Notes under the pieces: generated by a model
Database searches by the model: none
What the model saw: only the letters and a program-made list of their open reading frames with translations
What the model was told of the DNA's origin: nothing
Part shown: piece by piece, positions 22,994 through 29,671 of the stretch
How positions within the stretch are numbered: position 1 is the stretch's first letter
Layout: every line of letters begins with the position of its first letter
Source of the DNA: Fibrobacter succinogenes subsp. succinogenes S85
GTDB lineage: Bacteria; Fibrobacterota; Fibrobacteria; Fibrobacterales; Fibrobacteraceae
Reading direction: 5' to 3'
DNA: 32,000 bases
Assembly: GCF_000146505.1 (NCBI RefSeq)
Contig: NC_017448.1
Location: 2,010,001 to 2,042,000, forward strand
Translations under genes and position numbers: made by a program

Positions 22994-24564
22994 GCCAGTT
23001 GAGATATTTATTTCTCGTTTGCTCCATCGCATTTTTTGCCTGCACCAATGATGTTGCAGGGACTTGGGAAGACGAGAACACGCTCGCTCTACAAAGTTCT
23101 TCGAGCGTTGCAGAAAGTTCCGCCGAAAGCTCGTCGAGCGAAACCAAGCCTTCTTCGAGCGAAGAACGCTTATCATCTAGCCAAAAATCATTGTCGTCTA
23201 GTTCGGAAACATTAAATTCATCTAGTTCCAGCATCGACGGCATTCATTTCCCTCCCCCAATACAGTGCGCAGTCTCTCCACGCGCATTGAAGGCAGTTGC
23301 AACGTATGGTGTGGTAGATGCATTTATTGCAAAACGCGTTGCAGCCCTTACAGAACAGGGGCTTAATTCCGATTCCGCAAAAAACATGGCTACAGAAGAA
23401 CTTTACCGCGAACTCGGACTAGATACATTATTCCAAGACCGTCCTCAAATTACTGACGAGCAATTAGAATATACTTTGTTCTTCTTGTACAAGAACCGTG
23501 AAAAGAAACCATCAGAAGATACTCTATTCTTCTTGTACGAAAACGAAGGTACAAACGAACTGTCCCCAGCAATAGTAGAAGATTTTGCAGACGGCAAACT
23601 TGAACCGGAAAATTATTGCATCAATGGAATATCCTTTGCAGACCTAGATTACCTTCCCAAAATGTATTTGAACTTAGGTTGTTATTATGGAGATGAAGTA
23701 TCTAATTCACTCGCCATCCTTCGTAACATCTGGCGAAAGTGTTCCAATATGCCGTATTGCAACGAAAACGTAGGCGATACAATCATTACCATCGGAAAAG
23801 ACCATTTTGTATGCGAGAATAAATCGTGGATAACATTAGAAATGCAAGGCAAAGAAATAAACGGCCAAATTTGCAATGAAAATGGATCACGCATAAAAGC
23901 CGATTGGGGAGTTTATAGGAATGTCACGTATATATGTCACGAAGGATATTGGCGTAATATATCAGAATCTGCCGACTTGCCAGCGGAATACTTCTTCAAT
24001 CCTGATTTTGAATATGGAACCTTTACCGACCCTCGCGACGGACACGTCTATAAGACCACCGTATATGAAGGGCAGACATGGCTTGCTCAAGATATAGATT
24101 ATTACGATAGTTCCGACACACTTTTTTCAAATCAAAGCAGATGCCCCAAAAGTCTAGCTTACAGAGATGTTGATGAAGACAAAAACAAATATTGCAATGG
24201 AGCAAGTCGTTTCTATACTGTCAACGCATCTAAGAAAGCTTGTCCAGAAGGATGGAGACTCCCCCGTAAAGAAGATTGGCAAACCATAAGCTACAATGTT
24301 AAAACAAATGAAACTCTTAAACTATTTGTAAAAGAATCGCATGTAACAGGCATTTATAGAAATGCAACGGACGAATTCGGTCTATCTTTGCGATTGGATG
24401 GTAGTATAGAGTACAGCGGAGGAAGTTGGTATTCTCACAATTATAACATGTTCTGGCTAGAAGAAGGCGAATACGTTAGAACTGGTGATTTTTCCTCTGT
24501 TTTTTCGAGCATTGACCCTAGAGGAAACGGCGAATTTATCCCCGTCCGCTGCATAAAGAAGTAA
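22990..24564 (+). CDS. lipoprotein with Ser-rich linker, Cys-rich middle region and C-terminal FISUMP domain (Fibrobacter succinogenes major paralogous domain, TIGR02145-like)
   Basis: ATG 22990 (AGGAGG 6 nt upstream; overlaps the upstream TGA as ATGA) gives MSQLRYLFLVCSIAFFAC, a lipoprotein signal. The C-terminus has FTDPRDGHVYKTTVYEGQTWLAQD, CPEGWRLPRKEDWQ and IPVRCIKK, typical of the FISUMP domain as I recall it. Confidence 0.85.
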   Translation: MSQLRYLFLVCSIAFFACTNDVAGTWEDENTLALQSSSSVAESSAESSSSETKPSSSEERLSSSQKSLSSSSETLNSSSSSIDGIHFPPPIQCAVSPRALKAVATYGVVDAFIAKRVAALTEQGLNSDSAKNMATEELYRELGLDTLFQDRPQITDEQLEYTLFFLYKNREKKPSEDTLFFLYENEGTNELSPAIVEDFADGKLEPENYCINGISFADLDYLPKMYLNLGCYYGDEVSNSLAILRNIWRKCSNMPYCNENVGDTIITIGKDHFVCENKSWITLEMQGKEINGQICNENGSRIKADWGVYRNVTYICHEGYWRNISESADLPAEYFFNPDFEYGTFTDPRDGHVYKTTVYEGQTWLAQDIDYYDSSDTLFSNQSRCPKSLAYRDVDEDKNKYCNGASRFYTVNASKKACPEGWRLPRKEDWQTISYNVKTNETLKLFVKESHVTGIYRNATDEFGLSLRLDGSIEYSGGSWYSHNYNMFWLEEGEYVRTGDFSSVFSSIDPRGNGEFIPVRCIKK

Positions 24565-24577
24565 ATTAGTTAGCATC

Positions 24578-24665
24578 GTCATTCTGAGCGACCTCAGGGA
24601 GTGAAGAATCCAGTAACATTCTTCATTACATCGTCATCCCGGTCTCTGCATTCTTTGTCATCCCG
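24578..24665. repeat. GTCATCC-type short intergenic repeat cluster (copy C, three GTCAT(T/C)C units)
   Basis: 24578-24611 reads GTCATTCTGAGCGACCTCAGGGAGTGAAGAATCC. GTCATCCCG recurs at 24633-24641 and 24657-24665. CATCGTCAT(T/C)C starts at 24574 and 24629. Confidence 0.4.
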
Positions 24666-24689
24666 CACTTGTTGCGGGATCTTCTTTTT
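24660..24689 (+). terminator. terminator-like hairpin after the FISUMP lipoprotein gene
   Basis: ATCCCGCA (24660-24667), loop CTTGT, TGCGGGAT (24673-24680), followed by CTTCTTTTT. Confidence 0.5.
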
Positions 24690-24724
24690 GCAATATTCTC
24701 GAACTTATCTTATATTTAAAGCAA

Positions 24725-26479
24725 ATGTTGAAATTACTTAAAGAATACCCAAGCTTGATTTTGGCCGCGTTCAAGCGGTTCCCACTCGCCATTGCGTTTG
24801 CGTTCTTGACATCAGTTGCGTTCAGCTACTTATTTACAATCAGAGACTATAATTTAGTTTCTATTCGCGATCATTTATTCCCATTCTGGGCCACATTTTA
24901 TCCTGTCGCAGCCATGCTCATCGCCCTCACGACATCGCTCATCCAGGAATCGCGAAAAAGCACTCGCAAAACGCCGCAAATTCTTACAAGCGTGAGCTGG
25001 CTTGTCATTTCATTTACACTCAGTATTCTTTACGTCTCTACTGATAATTTTGGCGACAAACAATCCATAGGCCATACAATCATATACATTTACTGCATTA
25101 TTGGATTAGCCGCGTGTTTCGGCCCGTTTTGGAATCAAAAAAACGACAACGCATTATGGTTTTTCCATAACAAGATATGCGCCCCAGTCCTCATGTCTTT
25201 TGGGGTTACAGTTTTATTTATCATTGTAACATTTGCACTCTTAGTTGCAATTATCGCATTATCTAATGGAAGCAGAGACCCCGGCTTAAGCGCACTGGCG
25301 TTAACATTCTTTTTTTCTGTCTTCACAATATTTCCCGTCCTGTGCATGGCGGGCATTCCGTCCATTGACAAATGCATCGAAGAAAATCCGACTTTAAAAA
25401 ACTTTACAACCACCATAAAATTGAAGATAAGGTCAAAGCAGTTCAGTTTTTCTTTTGATTGCTTCAAACACATATTTTTACCACTTTACGCCATTTATAT
25501 CGTCGTCGTCCATATTTATGACATCACAGCCCTGCAAGAATGGAATCTCCCAACAGGAACAATCTTTTCCCTGGCATACGTAGCCTTAATTTGCGTGTTC
25601 ATCATCCAAAACGAATATTATCCAGCAATTATAAAACCCGAACGTTCTTCTGAAAAGACAATCGCCAGAGTTCTCTCCTACACTTGCATTTTCCCCTTTG
25701 TCACAGCAACAATTGCAATTATCCAAAGAATTTCTGAATACGGCATTACACCTAGCCGTTTTAACGCATTAGCATTTTGCATTTTCTTATGCATAGTCGT
25801 TATACTTGACTGCATTACCAAAACCATTCCATCTAAATATGTAGCCATCATTCTCTGCGTGATAGCTACAGTATCCTTGATTGGCCCTTTCAGCGAAACA
25901 AATATCATCCGCAACGCGTGGCTCAAGAACATCGAGAAAACACTCGTAAACGAAGGCTACACAGCGTACCCGCTCAGCGAAAAAGACACGAAAAAGTTTT
26001 TCTCGGACCTTTGGGATAAAGACGGACACACGGCAAGCATCATCGCCTACCAAGTGAAAATGCTCCATTTTCAATCCATCAAAGAACTTTATCGGTTCTT
26101 CCCCGAAAAAAGCAACCTGTCCAACATCGTCAAAAAGTACCGTTCCATTAGCAGGACTGTTGAAAACGACAAACTCCACACGATGCCCGAAAATTTCAGC
26201 AAATTCGCATACGTGGATTATACGTTCAAACACGAAGACCTCGTGACGCGAAACGACACGCTATTTTTCAATTATCCGCTCAAGGACATTGACTCGACAA
26301 GCAGCAAGGTTTTCAGTTTCTACGTACCAAAGCAAAACTGGCTTGATAAGGACATAAAGGTCCTCGAAACCGAGGGCGCCCGATTCGAAGTGGAATTCAT
26401 CAAGTTCGCCCAATGGGAAAACGAAAAGCACCAACGCGAAAGAGGCTTGCGCCTCCGCGGGATGCTGTTCATGGAGTAA
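24725..26479 (+). CDS. polytopic membrane protein (about 11 predicted TM helices plus a roughly 190-aa soluble C-terminal domain), intact paralog of 20181-21927; possibly DUF4153-like
   Basis: 584 aa. Motifs shared with the split gene are FKRFPLA, YP(I/V)AAMLIAL.TSL(V/I)QE, P(T/S)ID(E/K)C(L/I)E, SKY(M/V)AI, (Q/E)GYT.(F/Y)PL.E and a terminal G(L/M)LF. TM count is by eye from hydrophobic runs. Confidence 0.85.
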   Translation: MLKLLKEYPSLILAAFKRFPLAIAFAFLTSVAFSYLFTIRDYNLVSIRDHLFPFWATFYPVAAMLIALTTSLIQESRKSTRKTPQILTSVSWLVISFTLSILYVSTDNFGDKQSIGHTIIYIYCIIGLAACFGPFWNQKNDNALWFFHNKICAPVLMSFGVTVLFIIVTFALLVAIIALSNGSRDPGLSALALTFFFSVFTIFPVLCMAGIPSIDKCIEENPTLKNFTTTIKLKIRSKQFSFSFDCFKHIFLPLYAIYIVVVHIYDITALQEWNLPTGTIFSLAYVALICVFIIQNEYYPAIIKPERSSEKTIARVLSYTCIFPFVTATIAIIQRISEYGITPSRFNALAFCIFLCIVVILDCITKTIPSKYVAIILCVIATVSLIGPFSETNIIRNAWLKNIEKTLVNEGYTAYPLSEKDTKKFFSDLWDKDGHTASIIAYQVKMLHFQSIKELYRFFPEKSNLSNIVKKYRSISRTVENDKLHTMPENFSKFAYVDYTFKHEDLVTRNDTLFFNYPLKDIDSTSSKVFSFYVPKQNWLDKDIKVLETEGARFEVEFIKFAQWENEKHQRERGLRLRGMLFME

Positions 26480-26515
26480 ATTTGGCCGTTAGGGACATTG
26501 CGCGACCGATTTAGC

Positions 26516-26544
26516 TTGACTAAATCTATGCATATAACTATATT
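26516..26544 (+). promoter_or_regulatory. candidate ahcY promoter
   Basis: TTGACT (26516-26521), 17-nt spacer, TATATT (26539-26544). This predicts a 5' UTR of about 75 nt. Confidence 0.45.
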
Positions 26545-26624
26545 TACGCATAAATAAGAAATGCGCGGTTTGCAGCTATTACGAGATGGTCGCTAAAACC
26601 GTGCCGCAAAACAAAGGATTCTTT

Positions 26625-28085
26625 ATGGAATACAAAATTAAGGATATCAACCTTGCGATCGAAGGCCGCAAGGAACTCGACCTCGCCGAAACTGAAATGC
26701 CGGGCCTCATGGCTCTCCGCAAGGAATATGCAGGCAAGAAGCCGCTCGCAGGCGCCCGCATCATGGGTAGCCTCCACATGACCGTGCAGACCGCCATTCT
26801 CATCGAAACGCTCGTGGACCTCGGTGCAGACGTGCGCTGGGTCTCCTGCAACATTTTCAGTACGCAGGACAACGCCGCAGCCGCCGTCGTGGTTGGCAAG
26901 AACGGCAGCGTGAGCAATCCGCAGGGCGTGCCGGTTTTCGCCTGGAAGGGTGAATCCTTGGAAGAATATTGGGAAAACACCGCCCGCGCACTCGTATGGC
27001 CGGATGGCAAGACCGCCGACCTCATCGTCGATGACGGTGGCGACGCCACCATGCTCGTGACCTGCGGTGCAGAATTCGAAGACGCCGGCAAGGTGCCTGA
27101 ATTCAACCCGGAAACCGACAGCGAAGAATGGGGCGTGTTCCTCGCCACCTGCCGCAAAATTTTCGAAAAGGATCCGAAACAGTGGACCCGCGCCCGCGAA
27201 GCATTGAAGGGCGTTTCCGAAGAAACCACCACCGGCGTGCATCGCTTGTACCAAATGGCTCAGGCCAAGCGCCTCAAGTTCCCGGCCATCAACGTGAACG
27301 ATTCCGTGACCAAGTCCAAGTTCGACAACCTCTACGGCTGCCGCCACTCCCTCATCGACGGCATCAACCGCGCCACCGACGTGATGATGGCAGGCAAGAT
27401 CGCAGTCGTGTGCGGCTACGGCGACGTGGGTAAAGGCTGTGCCCAGTCCCTGCGCGGTCAGGGCGCTCGCGTGATCATCACCGAAATCGACCCGATTTGC
27501 GCACTCCAGGCCGCCATGGAAGGCTACGAAGTCAAGACTCTCGACGAAGTCGTTAGCTACGCAGACATCTTCGTGACCACCACCGGCAACACCGGCATCA
27601 TCAGCGCCGCCCAGATGGAAAAGATGAAGAACCGCGCCATCGTCGGTAACATCGGCCACTTCGACAACGAAATCGACATGGCAGGCCTCAAGAAGATTCC
27701 GGGCATCAAGCGTAACGAAATCAAGCCGCAGTACGACGAATGGATTTTCGCCGACGGCCACAGCATCCTCGTGCTCGCCGAAGGCCGCCTCCTCAACCTC
27801 GGCTGCGCTACCGGTCACCCGAGCTTCGTGATGAGCGCAAGCTTCACGAACCAGACCATCGCACAGATTGACCTCTGGCTCAACGCCCAGGGCAAGGACA
27901 CCGTCGCCGGCATCAAGTACGAAAGTGGCGTCGTGTACACGCTCCCGAAGATCCTCGACGAAAAGGTCGCACGCCTCCACCTCGAAAAGCTCGGCGTTCA
28001 CCTCACCCGCCTCACGCAGGCCCAGGCCGACTACATCGGCGTGCCGGTCGAAGGCCCGTACAAGGCTGATCACTACCGCTACTAG
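26625..28085 (+). CDS. ahcY: S-adenosyl-L-homocysteine hydrolase (adenosylhomocysteinase)
   Basis: ORF 26586-28085. ATG 26625 (AAAGGA 7 nt upstream) gives [35 protein letters not shown], the canonical AhcY N-terminus. The NAD site [10 protein letters not shown] and the C-terminal YKADHYRY are present. Confidence 0.95.
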   Translation: MEYKIKDINLAIEGRKELDLAETEMPGLMALRKEYAGKKPLAGARIMGSLHMTVQTAILIETLVDLGADVRWVSCNIFSTQDNAAAAVVVGKNGSVSNPQGVPVFAWKGESLEEYWENTARALVWPDGKTADLIVDDGGDATMLVTCGAEFEDAGKVPEFNPETDSEEWGVFLATCRKIFEKDPKQWTRAREALKGVSEETTTGVHRLYQMAQAKRLKFPAINVNDSVTKSKFDNLYGCRHSLIDGINRATDVMMAGKIAVVCGYGDVGKGCAQSLRGQGARVIITEIDPICALQAAMEGYEVKTLDEVVSYADIFVTTTGNTGIISAAQMEKMKNRAIVGNIGHFDNEIDMAGLKKIPGIKRNEIKPQYDEWIFADGHSILVLAEGRLLNLGCATGHPSFVMSASFTNQTIAQIDLWLNAQGKDTVAGIKYESGVVYTLPKILDEKVARLHLEKLGVHLTRLTQAQADYIGVPVEGPYKADHYRY

Positions 28086-28253
28086 TCGAGAGGATGCCAG
28101 CTTCGCTGGCTACAGACGAAAGAAATGTCATGTGAGAATCGCGGCCGGCAAGTGCCGCGAGACGCAAAAGCGAGAAGCGCCGAGCGTTAACGAGATTCGC
28201 GACAAGCGTGACTCAAGATGCGCTCGAGATGCGCGGCACTTTATACAAAACGA

Positions 28254-28280
28254 GGCTCCATACGGAGCCCTATTTTTTTA
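28254..28280. terminator. bidirectional terminator-like hairpin
   Basis: GGCTCC (28254-28259), loop ATAC, GGAGCC (28264-28269). CTATTTTTTT follows on the plus strand and TCGTTTTGT on the minus strand. It sits between convergent ahcY and the minus-strand genes. Confidence 0.6.
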
Positions 28281-28490
28281 ACGATTCCAGCCGGAATGTC
28301 CATCGCCATAGACAACACCACCGCCGCCATCATCATAACCGCCCAACGACGACGAGCTTTTTACGCCGAGCCAGCCGCGCATTCTCTTGATGCGCGTAGA
28401 AGAAGGAGCTTGGGAAGGGGCTGCAGCGGCTTGCTCCGAAGAGGCGACCTTATCGGCCGGAGATTGGTTATTGGTTACAGAATCGGGCAT
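28278..28490 (-). CDS. hypothetical small protein (70 aa, Ala/Ser/Pro-rich N-terminus, Gly-rich C-terminus)
   Basis: ORF MPDSVTNNQSPADKV...RIKRMRGWLGVKSSSSLGGYDDGGGGVVYGDGHSGWNR. It is co-oriented 51 nt downstream of the RhuM gene and its stop abuts the 28254-28269 hairpin. There is no clear RBS and no family recognised. Confidence 0.3.
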   Translation of the reverse strand: MPDSVTNNQSPADKVASSEQAAAAPSQAPSSTRIKRMRGWLGVKSSSSLGGYDDGGGGVVYGDGHSGWNR

Positions 28491-28541
28491 GATTAAATAA
28501 TAGAAATTATCACTTGCTCAGCGGACTTTCCACGGCACAAC

Positions 28542-29552
28542 TTAATTTTTCTTCATTTTCCGAATCACTTTGTCAAAATCAGAGTCAATTTTTTGCGTGC
28601 GGTTGAAAATCTCGTATTCTCCAAAAGCTTTCTCATCCGCCTGATTTCGACTGACTTTGCCATTGCCATCGAGAATATCGTAGCGCCTGAATTCCAGAAA
28701 CTCGTTTACACTAGCAGCAAATTGTTCCATGTTAAAAGCAATCTCTCGTTCAATCAAGTCTTCAATATAATCAAAATAGCCACTCACAGTACGTTCCAGC
28801 TGGCGGATCTGCTTTTCCGACAAATAATTCTTGGCAATGTTCACATCGCTTTTCAGCACACGACCACTCGGAGAATTTTTCCATGTCGTAAGACCCATGT
28901 GCTCTTTTTTGTGGTCGGCCTCCTCATACACGATTTCTGCAGCGGTCCGTCCCGTTATCGCATAATGGAACTTGTTCTGAACCGTAGCGAAAAACTTTTT
29001 CGTTATTTCGGAATCCTTGTCGTAGTCTATGGAACATTCGGCAAAAATATCCGTTATCTGCTGCCAAATGCGGCGTTCGCTCGCACGGATAGATCGGACT
29101 CTTTCCAAAAGTTCCTTGAAGTAGTCCTTACCGAAAACAGCGTTACCCTGCTTTAAGCGCTCGTCGTCGAGCACAAAACCCTTCTTGATGTATTCCTTCA
29201 GGATTCCCGTAGCCCAGATGCGGAACTTTGTGGCCTTTGCGGAATTTACGCGGTAGCCGACGGAAATAATCGCATCGAGATTGTAAAAAGAGACATTGCG
29301 CTTTACGGAACGGGAACCTTCTTTTTGAACTACCGAGATTTCCTCGGTAGTTCGATTTTTTTCCAATTCGCCGCTTCCATACACATTTTTTAAATGCAGG
29401 CCGATATTATCTTGCGAACAATCAAACAACTCGGCCATAGCCTTCTGCGTCAACCAGATGGTCTCGTCTTTGACCAAAGCCATGACCTTGACATCTTCTT
29501 CTGGGCTGCTGTAAAGAATATACGATATCTGTTTAGCTAATTCGTTCGGCAT
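28542..29552 (-). CDS. RhuM-family protein (Virulence_RhuM, PF13310-like)
   Basis: ORF 28542-29597. Motifs are IWLTQKAMAELFDCSQDNIGLHLKNVY, YNLDAIISVGYRVNSAKATKFRIWAT and FFATVQNKFHYAITGRTAAEIVY. Start ATG 29552 is preferred because ATG 29597 falls inside the predicted promoter spacer. Confidence 0.88.
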   Translation of the reverse strand: MPNELAKQISYILYSSPEEDVKVMALVKDETIWLTQKAMAELFDCSQDNIGLHLKNVYGSGELEKNRTTEEISVVQKEGSRSVKRNVSFYNLDAIISVGYRVNSAKATKFRIWATGILKEYIKKGFVLDDERLKQGNAVFGKDYFKELLERVRSIRASERRIWQQITDIFAECSIDYDKDSEITKKFFATVQNKFHYAITGRTAAEIVYEEADHKKEHMGLTTWKNSPSGRVLKSDVNIAKNYLSEKQIRQLERTVSGYFDYIEDLIEREIAFNMEQFAASVNEFLEFRRYDILDGNGKVSRNQADEKAFGEYEIFNRTQKIDSDFDKVIRKMKKN

Positions 29553-29584
29553 ATCTCCGCCATCTTTTACACATCTGAGCACTA

Positions 29585-29613
29585 AATGTATATTCATAGA
29601 GAAATATTGTCAA
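29585..29613 (-). promoter_or_regulatory. candidate promoter of the RhuM gene
   Basis: Minus-strand TTGACA (29608-29613), 17-nt spacer, TACATT (29585-29590). A weak hairpin plus T5 lies just upstream (29631-29657), after the res stop. Confidence 0.4.
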
Positions 29614-29671
29614 GCCCCTCCACCCCTAATGCAAAAAGATCAACAGCGAAACCGTTGAGGAAGAAATAAAT

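Noticed and set aside
20070-24690. Possibility that the GTCAT-type repeats form a CRISPR array
   Set aside because: The units are short and degenerate, lie in both orientations, are irregularly spaced and are separated by whole genes. No regular repeat-spacer periodicity or cas genes are present.
25135-26233. Minus-strand ORFs (25135-25473, 25678-25932, 25787-26233) inside the intact membrane-protein gene
   Set aside because: They are antisense to a gene supported by paralog conservation, and they show no motifs or RBS.
26545-26624. Calling the ahcY leader a known SAH riboswitch
   Set aside because: I could not recognise the conserved SAH-riboswitch core sequences or pseudoknot by eye. It is kept only as a low-confidence candidate for an unclassified element.
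26544-28073. 509-aa minus-strand ORF opposite ahcY, and 26579-27232
   Set aside because: This is a codon-register shadow of a clearly identified, strongly biased gene. The product is rich in Ala, Gly, Val, His and Asp and resembles nothing I recognise.
28208-28496. Plus-strand ORFs 28208-28390 and 28218-28496 (Arg-rich)
   Set aside because: They start inside or read through the ahcY terminator region, the products are Arg/His-rich as expected of out-of-frame GC-rich sequence, and the minus-strand frame looks more coding-like.
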